64,000 nt of DNA from Acinetobacter phage At2. The DNA lies in the sequence record PQ656108.1; one strand, given 5' to 3'. The notes under the pieces are model-generated. The model was not told the DNA's origin. It ran no database searches and was given only the letters and a program-made list of their open reading frames with translations. Shown here piece by piece: positions 1-8,333 of the stretch. Within the stretch, counting starts at the first letter, position 1. Every line of letters begins with the position of its first letter. The position numbers and the translations under genes were made by a program.

Positions 1-15
1 AAAGCTGCTTTTAAT

Positions 16-216
16 GTGCCTGAATCACATTGGCACCACATAAGACTACGCCTTAATGACATGTCACTATTAGTGTCATTTTATGAGGTTCAGCACGAAA
101 CCATATATGTCCCTGCACATATTATGTTGGCTTTATTCGAGTTACCTACTCATGCTGAGAGGTTAGAACTTATTAAAATATTTGGTGTTACTAAAGAGGG
201 TTCACTACCCTACTGA
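16..216 (+). CDS. hypothetical small protein (66 aa), possibly an end-of-window fragment of a longer context
   Basis: ORF track only; no recognisable motif; followed by a hairpin (aacaatc/gattgtt) at 219-241. Confidence 0.25.
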   Translation: MPESHWHHIRLRLNDMSLLVSFYEVQHETIYVPAHIMLALFELPTHAERLELIKIFGVTKEGSLPY

Positions 217-416
217 ACAATCTTAGGATTGTTTAGGCGAACTGTCTTGCTATCTAGCCTATCCTTGAAGCGGGTAGTACCTAGGTGTTACATAGTGGCT
301 GCAACTACTCAGTGGGGAGTATTAGCTCTAATCTTGCAGGATTATCTAGCTCCCTTAGACAGTTCACCTAAGCAATTCTGCTTAATCCCCGAATGACAAA
401 CCAAAGGAATTACTCC

Positions 417-1022
417 ATGTCTCATATTCAAGTTGAACAAGCAAACCGTGTATTAACACAAACAACAGCACAATTACAAAAAGCATCTGCAAGCCTAGCT
501 GCTTCTATTGAAGCTCAGGTACAAGATCTTCAACACAATGCAAACAAACTTGCATCACAAGAAGATCAAATTGCTGCTAACGACAAACGCATTGATGCTG
601 AAGTACGTGAAGCTTCTGCTGAAATTGCATTACGTGTAAAAGAAAACTCTTCTGCCGTATTGACTGAATTATTGGCTGATCGCCAGTTAGTTGCATTACC
701 TCATGCAGAAGTAGTGGCACTTGAAAACCGTGCTACACAAGCAGAAGCAGAAGCAGAAGCTAAAGTAAATGCTGCTGTTAAAGCTGCTGTTAATAGTGCA
801 AACACACGTCATGAGCAAGATATGCTTGCTGTTGCTTCAAAGCATAAAGTTGAAATTGCTCAACTTACTGCAAATGCAAAATCTGATGAAAGCACTATTG
901 AAATGCTTCGTGCTCAAGTGGACTCACTTCAAGAGACTATTGCTGCAAACCGTGACGCTGAAACTAAGCGTATGGAAGCATTGTCTCGTCCTGCTGTAAA
1001 TGTAACTACATCAGGTAAGTAA
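417..1022 (+). CDS. Ala-rich coiled-coil protein, function unknown
   Basis: ORF 393..1022; AAGGAA at 405-410 is spaced 6 nt before ATG 417 and there is no RBS before ATG 393; Ala/Gln/Glu-rich heptad-like sequence (QAEAEAEAKVNAAVKAAV). Confidence 0.5.
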   Translation: MSHIQVEQANRVLTQTTAQLQKASASLAASIEAQVQDLQHNANKLASQEDQIAANDKRIDAEVREASAEIALRVKENSSAVLTELLADRQLVALPHAEVVALENRATQAEAEAEAKVNAAVKAAVNSANTRHEQDMLAVASKHKVEIAQLTANAKSDESTIEMLRAQVDSLQETIAANRDAETKRMEALSRPAVNVTTSGK

Positions 1023-1075
1023 CAAGTTTTAGCAACTGAGCTATCAACTCAGTAAAGACTAAACCAAGGAGACAA

Positions 1076-1369
1076 ATGATGGTTAACTTCTACGGTCTCA
1101 ATCTAACAGTGGTTGATAAGCAAAAGCTTATTCAACTATTAGATGAAGCAGGTTGTCGCTATATAAGTGTGGATGAGCTTAGGGGTGATCTTCGATCACT
1201 TCTAGTTAGCACATCCAAACGTGGCATGACAGATGGGAAATATTCCCCAGACTACTTGCATTGGACTTCTGCCCATAATGCAGCATTAGAGGTACTACCT
1301 CTTGAAGCAAGGCTAGAGTACTTTGAAGCCGAGTGTTTAAGTCATTTACAGACCCAACTCAGCCCTTGA
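1076..1369 (+). CDS. hypothetical protein (97 aa)
   Basis: AAGGAG RBS immediately upstream of ATGATG. Confidence 0.55.
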   Translation: MMVNFYGLNLTVVDKQKLIQLLDEAGCRYISVDELRGDLRSLLVSTSKRGMTDGKYSPDYLHWTSAHNAALEVLPLEARLEYFEAECLSHLQTQLSP

Positions 1370-1410
1370 GGGCACTTGGTTTAGTTGAGCTAATTTAAGG
1401 GAGAATCCCT

Positions 1411-1665
1411 ATGCAATTTTACATAATGATGGCAATTGTCACCTTCATTATTTTGGTGATTCGTACTCACATTGTAAGACGTAAAGAAGGAATGGATCCT
1501 TATAAGATGGAAGGCTTTGTAGCCTACTATGCGTTATTAGCAATAGCATCTTGCTTATGGATCCTGACATGGCCTTGTCTAATCATCTACGGTGTAATTG
1601 AATTAATTACTTATCTATTAGATAAGTCAGTACTCCGTAAATACCTTAAAAAGGAAAAACCATAA
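1411..1665 (+). CDS. small membrane protein (84 aa, two hydrophobic helices)
   Basis: AAGGGAG RBS; hydrophobic segments IMMAIVTFIILVI and YALLAIASCLWILTWPCLIIYGVI; stop overlaps next start (TAATG). Confidence 0.5.
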   Translation: MQFYIMMAIVTFIILVIRTHIVRRKEGMDPYKMEGFVAYYALLAIASCLWILTWPCLIIYGVIELITYLLDKSVLRKYLKKEKP

Positions 1666-2483
1666 TGTTTAAGTCATTACGTGGCGTTGCACTAGCTATC
1701 TGTGCTGCCATTGCCTTTGCAGGTTGTTCACCTGTAGTTAAAGTTAGTGATGCCGAAGTAGGTATCCGTGAAACCTTCTCAGGTGAAATTAAAGACAAAG
1801 TCTTAGAGCAAGGCTTCCACCAAAAGGTTGTTGGTAATGTTATCAAGGTATCTAAACGTAACTTGGTACTTACAGTTAAAACCAACCCGATTACTGTAGA
1901 AAAAGTTCCTATGTCGCAGTTTGTGACTAAGATCAACTACGGTATTAATCCTGCAATGGCTGCTGTTGCCTATAAGACAGAAAAGTCTCAGAACTTAGAT
2001 GTTGATGGTGAAGTGCTGCTGCTAGGTAAGTATGTAAGTGATATCACTGATGCTGCTGTACAGACTGCTGTAAGCAAGTACAAAGCCTTAGAGGTGAATG
2101 ATCACCGTACTGAACTTGAAGCTGCCATTAAATCTGAACTAAACAAGCGTCTTAAGCTTGGTGGTAAAGATGTGTATGTCACAGTCAATGAAGTAAATAT
2201 CTTGGCAGTGAAACCACACGAATCAATCATTGCTTCATCTTTGGCAATTGTTAACTCTCAGAACGCTTTGAAAACTAAGCAGAATGAGCTTGAAACAGCC
2301 AAGGTAGAAACAGAAGTAAAACGTGTCTTAGCAGAGAATGCCTCTGAAAAGTACATTGATTTACAACGTGCAGAAGCTGAAATGTTGAAATCACAGGCCC
2401 TATTAGAAGCTGCTAAGAAAGGTACATTAAACACTATGGTTATTGTTCCTGAAAAGTTCAGCGCATTGGGTGCCGTTAAGTAA
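1665..2483 (+). CDS. predicted lipoprotein with an SPFH/band-7-like Ala/Glu-rich C-terminal region
   Basis: Signal peptide with lipobox (AIAFAGC|S); TAATG coupling to upstream gene; the SPFH similarity is judged by eye only. Confidence 0.55.
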   Translation: MFKSLRGVALAICAAIAFAGCSPVVKVSDAEVGIRETFSGEIKDKVLEQGFHQKVVGNVIKVSKRNLVLTVKTNPITVEKVPMSQFVTKINYGINPAMAAVAYKTEKSQNLDVDGEVLLLGKYVSDITDAAVQTAVSKYKALEVNDHRTELEAAIKSELNKRLKLGGKDVYVTVNEVNILAVKPHESIIASSLAIVNSQNALKTKQNELETAKVETEVKRVLAENASEKYIDLQRAEAEMLKSQALLEAAKKGTLNTMVIVPEKFSALGAVK

Positions 2484-2742
2484 TTGGTGTATTGTGAGTA
2501 AATTCCACATTAGGGCTGCAACAGCCTATAAAGTAATTAATGAATTAGGTTTTAGACCTGACAGGTTTACTTTACCACCTACACCAGAAAGTAATTCTCT
2601 TTATGGTGTAAATTTTAAGTTACGTACTGTGTTTTATATGACTCGGTCAGATAAACCAAGACGCAATCTTTCATTTGAAGAGATACGTGAGTTATCAATA
2701 TTACCTATTGAAGCTCATGATGTTTGGATTGAAAATCTTTGA
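2443..2742 (+). CDS. hypothetical protein; start uncertain (ATG 2443 lies inside the upstream gene, alternative GTG 2494)
   Basis: ORF runs exactly up to the terminator hairpin at 2741; no clear RBS. Confidence 0.3.
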   Translation: MFLKSSAHWVPLSNWCIVSKFHIRAATAYKVINELGFRPDRFTLPPTPESNSLYGVNFKLRTVFYMTRSDKPRRNLSFEEIRELSILPIEAHDVWIENL

Positions 2743-2760
2743 ACCCTTCGGGTTCTTTTG
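2741..2760 (+). terminator. rho-independent terminator (gaaccc-ttc-gggttc then TTTT)
   Basis: Perfect 6-bp GC-rich stem followed by T-run, seen directly. Confidence 0.6.
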
Positions 2761-2792
2761 CGGTTTGTCTCTTTGGAGACAGACCCACTATG

Positions 2793-2862
2793 GTGTGTGT
2801 AGCACGGTCTGGTAGTGCATCAGTCATGAAGAAGGTCGTAGGTTCGAATCCTACCACACATC
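2793..2862 (+). tRNA. tRNA-like gene 1, about 70 nt with a truncated or irregular anticodon region
   Basis: 7-bp acceptor stem GTGTGTG/CACACAT, U8, D-arm GCAC-GGTCTGGTA-GTGC, canonical T-arm GTAGG-TTCGAAT-CCTAC. Only 18 nt (2820-2837) remain for anticodon arm plus variable loop and no 5-bp anticodon stem can be drawn. Confidence 0.45.
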
Positions 2863-2869
2863 CGCGATG

Positions 2870-2944
2870 GTCGAGGTAGCTCAGTAGGTAGAGCAGTGGA
2901 CGATAATCCAAAGGTCGCAGGTTCGATTCCTAGCCCTGACCCCA
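2870..2944 (+). tRNA. tRNA-like gene 2 with encoded CCA; anticodon stem mispaired, anticodon unresolved
   Basis: Acceptor GTCGAGG/CCCTGAC (6 of 7 pairs), U8, canonical D-arm GCTC-AGTAGGTA-GAGC, T-loop TTCGATT with only 3 of 5 T-stem pairs, 3-prime CCA at 2942-2944. The best anticodon hairpin is TGGA-CGATAA-TCCA (4-bp stem, 6-nt loop). Confidence 0.45.
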
Positions 2945-3686
2945 AACATTATTGGGCATGAAGAAACATCTTACTTACAGGTTCATCAGCAGCCTGTTAC
3001 GGGTACTATGTAGTCCCGTCTTGTCCACCAAATATTAAAGAATTAAACCAAGGCCAATAACACGGCTCCCTTACTCTGCAGGTTAGGGATAACAAGTTGA
3101 GGTATGGTAAGTGATTACGTATAGCTTCCCCTTGGTTTGATGGGCAGTGAGCTTAAAGCCACTGTCTCCTATGGCGAGACCCAACAATATTATGGTTGGT
3201 GAGCTTCTACCACCTATGGTCTAAATAGGTCAATAAGACTAACAGTGCAATGCTAGTGATTACGGAGTAGATCTTCCGAAAGCTAGTAACACTGTTATTG
3301 CTCTTATTGGGTTGCAAACATGACAACTCAGAACATATCAGTGGTGAGGTTAAATCTCCTGTGACCCATGTAAATATGACTGCATAGAGGCTTTAATACT
3401 GGTTTAGCCTGGAAGGAAGAGGGTAGCTCCCGACTTACCTATAACCATACTAGAGATTCGTCATCTCTGGGTGTTTGCAACGCCAATAAGAGTACCTCTG
3501 CCCCGACTTGTGGCATTAGCTTCCTGCTGTATGACAGGTGACCTCCAAAGCTAGTATCTTCCTTTAGTGTTTACCTCATAGGCACTAAATAGAGACGTAA
3601 CGAGTAAGCCAAGGGCAATCACCCTGAATGCCATGTTTTCCCTATGGTGGCGATCAAGGGAACCAAATTAACCTTTAACCTCTTTT
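2945..3686 (+). other. ORF-free structured noncoding region of about 740 bp (candidate ncRNA, tRNA operon trailer or replication origin)
   Basis: No ORF of 60 aa or more in any frame; repeated CTATGGYG motif at about 2788, 3170, 3214 and 3643; two related hairpin units (cagtgagctt..cactg and ggtgagctt..ccacc, each followed by CCTATGG); closed by a strong terminator at 3687. Confidence 0.5.
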
Positions 3687-3723
3687 ACCCTACATCTTCC
3701 CCAAGGATGTAGGGTATTTTTTT
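3687..3723 (+). terminator. rho-independent terminator (accctacatc-loop-gatgtagggt then TTTTTTT)
   Basis: 10-bp stem followed by 7 T, seen directly. Confidence 0.7.
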
Positions 3724-3740
3724 AACCCAAGGAACAAAAC

Positions 3741-4052
3741 ATGGATATTGCAAATTTAGTGCTTGAATTAGCTAAACCCGAGCATCTCATCTACATAAAT
3801 GTTTTAGGTGTAATCACTACACTGAAACATGATTGTATTGATGGTTACGTAGGGTTAGACGCATCAGGTGAACTGTACTATTACGATAAAAAACCTATGC
3901 CTTGGGCAGATTATGGTTGGAGTCGTGGAATAGGTGGTGAATCACGCTTACTATTAAACCTCAGACAGTTTATTAATATAAATGAGGGTGAATTCCCTTA
4001 TCAAAATGTATGTTTCCCTGTCAGGGAAATACTTATAAAGGCACCAGTATGA
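3741..4052 (+). CDS. hypothetical protein (103 aa), paralog of the next gene
   Basis: AAGGAA RBS; N-terminal similarity to the downstream ORF (M-I--L-LEL--P----Y-N-LG-I...GY...SG--Y-Y). Confidence 0.55.
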   Translation: MDIANLVLELAKPEHLIYINVLGVITTLKHDCIDGYVGLDASGELYYYDKKPMPWADYGWSRGIGGESRLLLNLRQFININEGEFPYQNVCFPVREILIKAPV

Positions 4053-4372
4053 ACATCCCTGAAATAGCTCTTGAGCTTTCCAACCCTAACTCAGTGGGTT
4101 ATGTAAATTATCTAGGCTTAATCTTACCTATTCCTATGGACTATATGGCAGAAGGTTATATAGCTACTGATCAGTCTGGACAGACTTATGTATATAACTT
4201 TGAGCCTTATTTAGATTCAGATAAACAGTGGTCGCCTTCATTTATAAACAACCCTATGGCTAAGATACAACACGTTACTGACTTAAGGGGATTCTTAGGA
4301 CAGTTCTGTTCTATAGATGCTAGTGAGCTGTGTATTAAACTTTCTGAAATTCAGGTTAATCCTATCTATTGA
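4049..4372 (+). CDS. hypothetical protein (107 aa), tandem paralog
   Basis: ATGA start/stop overlap with the upstream gene favours ATG 4049 (MNIPEIALEL...) over the track start 4010. Confidence 0.5.
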   Translation: MNIPEIALELSNPNSVGYVNYLGLILPIPMDYMAEGYIATDQSGQTYVYNFEPYLDSDKQWSPSFINNPMAKIQHVTDLRGFLGQFCSIDASELCIKLSEIQVNPIY

Positions 4373-4417
4373 CAGGGCTTCGCCCTGTTGAGTGGTTGGG
4401 TTCCCAACTAAACAGAT

Positions 4418-4446
4418 GGCTTAAGGAATAGAAGTATTCCTAAGCC
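4418..4446 (+). promoter_or_regulatory. near-perfect 13-bp-arm inverted repeat (ggcttaaggaata-gaag-tattcctaagcc) upstream of the HTH gene; candidate operator or RBS-sequestering element
   Basis: Seen directly; the left arm copies the downstream RBS context TTAAGGAAT at 4466-4474. Confidence 0.4.
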
Positions 4447-4477
4447 ATTTACCATTAATTACTTTTAAGGAATTCTT

Positions 4478-4771
4478 ATGAAATCCCGTAAACCACTTAC
4501 ACCTTCCGAAGCTGTAGTTGTTGTCGCTGAATGGCAGCGTCCTAAAGGTGAACGCCCTACTCAGGAAGATTTAGCACTCCGCTTCAATGTTGCTCCTGTA
4601 ACTATTCGCCGTGCTTTAGCCGAAGCAGGTCTTATGGAACTGAAAGGCTATAAGACAGAAAAGGAAACTGCAATCATTGAGTTCCTTAAATCTCAAGGTC
4701 TTAACGATTTAGATGCTTTACGCAAATTCATTGTTAAGGCACGGAATAAACAACGTGGCAAACAAAATTAA
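4478..4771 (+). CDS. small putative DNA-binding protein (HTH-like LALRFNVAPVTIRRALAEAG)
   Basis: AAGGAA RBS; helix-turn-helix-like segment; basic C-terminus. Confidence 0.5.
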   Translation: MKSRKPLTPSEAVVVVAEWQRPKGERPTQEDLALRFNVAPVTIRRALAEAGLMELKGYKTEKETAIIEFLKSQGLNDLDALRKFIVKARNKQRGKQN

Positions 4772-4952
4772 GCCAGAGTTCATACCTGTATATCCTGTAT
4801 CGGACTCTTTAGATGACGCATGGGAACACATGCGTTCCCAATTACCAATTGATTCAATCAATGACTTAAAAAGTCTTGTATCCCAATACCACAACACGCT
4901 CATAGCTGAGCTAACTGAACTGGAAAAAGAAAATGGAAACCACATTAAATAA
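4713..4952 (+). CDS. hypothetical small protein; start uncertain (possibly the internal Met near 4830)
   Basis: ORF track; overlaps both neighbours. Confidence 0.3.
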   Translation: MLYANSLLRHGINNVANKIKPEFIPVYPVSDSLDDAWEHMRSQLPIDSINDLKSLVSQYHNTLIAELTELEKENGNHIK

Positions 4953-5955
4953 AGCTGCTGACCTTATTACTAGCTTCATCTTAGCAGACATCCCTGTAAA
5001 CCTTATTGGTTCACCAGGTGTAGGTAAATCCGACATTATCAAACAAGTAGCTGACAAGCTTAACCTTAAAGTTATTGACTTCCGTTTGTCTACTGCTGAC
5101 CCAACTGACTTAACTGGTTTACCATTCGTTGAAGATGGTCGTAGCGTATTCTTACCAAACGTAGCGTTCCCTATCGAAAAAGATGTGGTACCAGAAGGCT
5201 ATACAGGTTGGTTACTGTTCCTTGACGAAATCTCGAACGCACCTATGGCTGTTCAAGCTGCTGCCTATAAACTGATCCTAGATCGTGAAGTAGGTTTGCA
5301 CAACTTACATCCAGAAGTGAAGATCGTATCTGCAGGTAACAAAATGACTGATGGTGCTGCTGTAACTGGTGAAATGTCTACGGCATTGAAATCACGTATG
5401 GCTCACATCAATATCATTCATAGCCTTGAAGTCTGGTTAGACTGGGCAATGGCTGCAGGTGTTCACCACTCGATCACTTCTTACTTGAAGTTCAGTATCA
5501 AAGACTTCTACCGCTTTGATCCTAAAGATAAAGCTGACACCTTCCCTTGTCCTCGTACATGGGCAATGGCTGACAAGCTTGTACAATCATTAGGCACAAA
5601 CAGTCCTTTGTTACGTGATGCATTAAGTGCCACTATCTCTGATGGTGTAGCAACTAACTACATCAACTTCTGTAAGAACTTCGCAAACCTTCCTACATTT
5701 GCAGACATTGTTAAAGATCCTGAAAATGCTGAAGTGCCTCGTGAATTATCTTCATGCTTTGCAATCTCAGGTTCTATCGGTTCACAAACTGATATCACTA
5801 CTGTAGATCAAGTGATGAAGTACATTGACCGTATGCCTATGGAATTCCAACTGTGTACTTTTAACGACTTCGTTAAACGTAACCCAGGTCTTGCAGCAAA
5901 CACATCTGTACGTGGCTGGTTACGTAAAAACGCACCTCATTTAACTTCTGATTAA
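4933..5955 (+). CDS. MoxR-like AAA+ ATPase
   Basis: Walker A GSPGVGKSD, Walker B/sensor LLFLDEISNAP, about 340 aa as typical for the MoxR family. Confidence 0.65.
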   Translation: METTLNKAADLITSFILADIPVNLIGSPGVGKSDIIKQVADKLNLKVIDFRLSTADPTDLTGLPFVEDGRSVFLPNVAFPIEKDVVPEGYTGWLLFLDEISNAPMAVQAAAYKLILDREVGLHNLHPEVKIVSAGNKMTDGAAVTGEMSTALKSRMAHINIIHSLEVWLDWAMAAGVHHSITSYLKFSIKDFYRFDPKDKADTFPCPRTWAMADKLVQSLGTNSPLLRDALSATISDGVATNYINFCKNFANLPTFADIVKDPENAEVPRELSSCFAISGSIGSQTDITTVDQVMKYIDRMPMEFQLCTFNDFVKRNPGLAANTSVRGWLRKNAPHLTSD

Positions 5956-5999
5956 TAGTTAGGGAGCTTCGGCTCCCTTCTCATTCGTAAGGAAATCGT

Positions 6000-6404
6000 A
6001 TGCTGTACAACGTAACTCAGATATGTAATGGCTATTTGGCTACTCCTTTTAATAGTAACCACTTACGTAATTTTGCATACCCTGATGATTTACATGATGA
6101 TCACGCTAGTGGTTGGCCTGAATATTCATTATGGCAATCAGAAGTATATCCGCCCCTGCTAAACACTTTAGCTGATATGGGTATCCCGTTCATCTGGGAG
6201 TTTGTACTCACAGAGGACTTCTCATATTTTGCGTACAATTTCCCTACGGATGACAAACCAAACAACCTAGTCCATTACAAGACTGGTAAGCGTAAGCGTG
6301 CTCCCCATCTAACTAAAAAGATGAAAGCAGAGCTTGAAATCATTAACGCAGCTAACACGCTGCTCTACGAATTAGGAATAAAAAATGGCTCGAATAATGC
6401 CTGA
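6000..6404 (+). CDS. hypothetical protein (134 aa)
   Basis: AAGGAAA RBS. Confidence 0.5.
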   Translation: MLYNVTQICNGYLATPFNSNHLRNFAYPDDLHDDHASGWPEYSLWQSEVYPPLLNTLADMGIPFIWEFVLTEDFSYFAYNFPTDDKPNNLVHYKTGKRKRAPHLTKKMKAELEIINAANTLLYELGIKNGSNNA

Positions 6405-7608
6405 ACCTGCTAATGCAGTTGAAGCTTTATCTAAAGCTCGTATTAAACTTATGCGTAAGCCTGACTGTGCGTTCTTCTCCACACTTATCTTACAAAGTCC
6501 TGTTTACTGGGTTACTAAAGATGAAGTTGATACTGCTGCTACAGATGGTAAAAACATCTTCATCAATCCTGAATTCTTCCTGAGTTTAGATCCAGAAGAA
6601 CGTATCTTCATCATGCTCCATGAAATCATGCACAACGTGTATCAACACAGTATTCGCTGTGGTTTCCGTAAGCATGGGACTTGGAACAAAGCAGGTGACT
6701 ACGTAATCAATGATGAATTGATTCAACGTAACTTCAAGATGCCTAAAGGTGGCTTGCATGATGTTGGTTATCGTGATTGGTCTGCCGATGAAGTCTATTT
6801 AGACTTACTCGACAAAGAAGACAAAGGCGATAGTGGTCAACAAAACCCTTGGCCTGATTTACAACCTCCTACTCCACAAGGTGGCGGTAGTAGTGATGGT
6901 GATGGTAGTGGACAAGGAAACCAACCACAAGGTATTGGTGGCATTCCACAGCCTTCAGAAGAAGAGATTGTGTCTCATAACACTGATCTACTCTCGTCTG
7001 CTACACAGATGTCTAAGATGAAGAATGACAAAGCAGGTACAGTACCAGGCTCTCTGGAACGTACCCTGGAAGATCTTCTACATCCTAAGTTACCTTGGTA
7101 TGAGATCTTGTCTAAATTCTTATTCTCTATGAACAAGAATGACTACTCTTGGCGTAGGCCAAACCGTAGGCTACTTCCTATGGGTATCTTAATGCCATCA
7201 CTCTACAGTGAAGGTGTTGGTCGTATCGACTTCGCTATTGATACCTCAGGCTCTGTAAGCAATGAAGACTTTAACCGCTTCATGTCAGAGATTGGTTACG
7301 TGTTCCAACGCTTTAATCCTCAAGAAATTGGGGTAATGCAGTTTGACCATATCCTTCAAGGTAATGATCGTGTATGTACACCTGCAGACTTCTTAAACCT
7401 TCAGTTTAAAGGTGGCGGTGGTACACGTATTGAACCTGTACTTGAAGTATTCAAGTCTAACGAAGCAAAGGCTTTAATCATCCTTACAGATGGTTATCTA
7501 TCTCAGACTCCTGAGATGGATCCTAATAAGCCTGTTGTATGGTGTATTTACGACAATCCACGCTTTAAGCCTGCATTCGGTACCGCAATCCACTTTGATA
7601 AGGACTAA
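6385..7608 (+). CDS. VWA-domain protein with N-terminal HExxH metallopeptidase-like region (partner of the MoxR ATPase)
   Basis: HEIMH zinc-binding motif, MIDAS motif DTSGS, Gly/Ser/Gln-rich linker; this arrangement pairs with MoxR ATPases in other genomes. Confidence 0.6.
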   Translation: MARIMPEPANAVEALSKARIKLMRKPDCAFFSTLILQSPVYWVTKDEVDTAATDGKNIFINPEFFLSLDPEERIFIMLHEIMHNVYQHSIRCGFRKHGTWNKAGDYVINDELIQRNFKMPKGGLHDVGYRDWSADEVYLDLLDKEDKGDSGQQNPWPDLQPPTPQGGGSSDGDGSGQGNQPQGIGGIPQPSEEEIVSHNTDLLSSATQMSKMKNDKAGTVPGSLERTLEDLLHPKLPWYEILSKFLFSMNKNDYSWRRPNRRLLPMGILMPSLYSEGVGRIDFAIDTSGSVSNEDFNRFMSEIGYVFQRFNPQEIGVMQFDHILQGNDRVCTPADFLNLQFKGGGGTRIEPVLEVFKSNEAKALIILTDGYLSQTPEMDPNKPVVWCIYDNPRFKPAFGTAIHFDKD

Positions 7609-7611
7609 ACC

Positions 7612-7809
7612 GTGCCACTCAAATTAGTACTATTTATTGATGGTGAGCCTACCTATGAAGAATACCCCTATCCTTTAGAGGCAGGGGTACAAATCACTGA
7701 TCCTGAGGAAGTTTACAGACGTATGTATGCTTACTCTAAAAGTGATAATCCTAATAGAGACACGCCACCATTCACACACGAATACAAAATTTTGTGGAGC
7801 GATGTATGA
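7612..7809 (+). CDS. hypothetical small protein (GTG start)
   Basis: AAGGA RBS 7 nt upstream of GTG. Confidence 0.4.
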   Translation: MPLKLVLFIDGEPTYEEYPYPLEAGVQITDPEEVYRRMYAYSKSDNPNRDTPPFTHEYKILWSDV

Positions 7810-8114
7810 CACCAATCAAGGAAATTAAGCCTACCAACATTCAAGCCTTTGATGCTATCTCAGGACAGGTTATCAGCCTGTCTTGGGGTATCAGGCATAA
7901 CTTACATAAGTTTGCTCGTGCTCGTGTGCATGAGCTTCATGTGTTTGATTACGACAAAGTAAGTATCATCCAACACAAACCACCTAAGTTAAAAGGTACC
8001 ACCAAACTCTACGAAAGTAAGTTTGATGTAATCCTTTCCTCAGGTAAAAAGATCAAACATTCGGTATGTGGTATCTCACTAACTAAAGATAATTACGTAC
8101 CTCACATTACTTAA
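7806..8114 (+). CDS. hypothetical protein (about 102 aa)
   Basis: ATGA overlap with the upstream stop; GGAG RBS; the track start 7794 is GTG. Confidence 0.45.
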   Translation: MTPIKEIKPTNIQAFDAISGQVISLSWGIRHNLHKFARARVHELHVFDYDKVSIIQHKPPKLKGTTKLYESKFDVILSSGKKIKHSVCGISLTKDNYVPHIT

Positions 8115-8126
8115 AAGGAGCCTCTC

Positions 8127-8333
8127 ATGGAGACTCATTTAACACATTTGCCTATCAAGGCTTATGAATTGATTAAGGAAGATGGACTGTTAGTTCTACA
8201 GACAGTAGGACACTCAGACACCATCATTATTTATTCAAGTCTCCCTGTAGAGGAGATTGAAAAATTCACCTCACACGTTAAACAACCTTTCACATTAATC
8301 AAAGCGGGCTTAGCCCCACTGGAACTAAAATGA
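8127..8333 (+). CDS. hypothetical small protein (68 aa)
   Basis: AAGGAG RBS. Confidence 0.45.
   Translation: METHLTHLPIKAYELIKEDGLLVLQTVGHSDTIIIYSSLPVEEIEKFTSHVKQPFTLIKAGLAPLELK

Noticed and set aside
769-999. 76-aa Leu-rich ORF in an alternate frame inside gene 417..1022
   Set aside because: It lies wholly inside a better-supported gene, has low-complexity leucine codons from the GC/AT pattern and no RBS.
2705-2911. 68-aa minus-strand ORF spanning the tRNA-like genes
   Set aside because: It overlaps canonical tRNA arms on the other strand and has no initiation signal.
2793-2944. tRNA genes as a prophage attachment site or integrase context
   Set aside because: No integrase, excisionase or repressor genes are present; the genome organisation is that of a strictly lytic N4-like phage.
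2945-3686. Possibility that the ORF-free region is a group I intron or CRISPR array
   Set aside because: No P7/R/S-like conserved elements were recognised, there is no split host gene around it, and there are no regularly spaced direct repeats of 25-40 bp.
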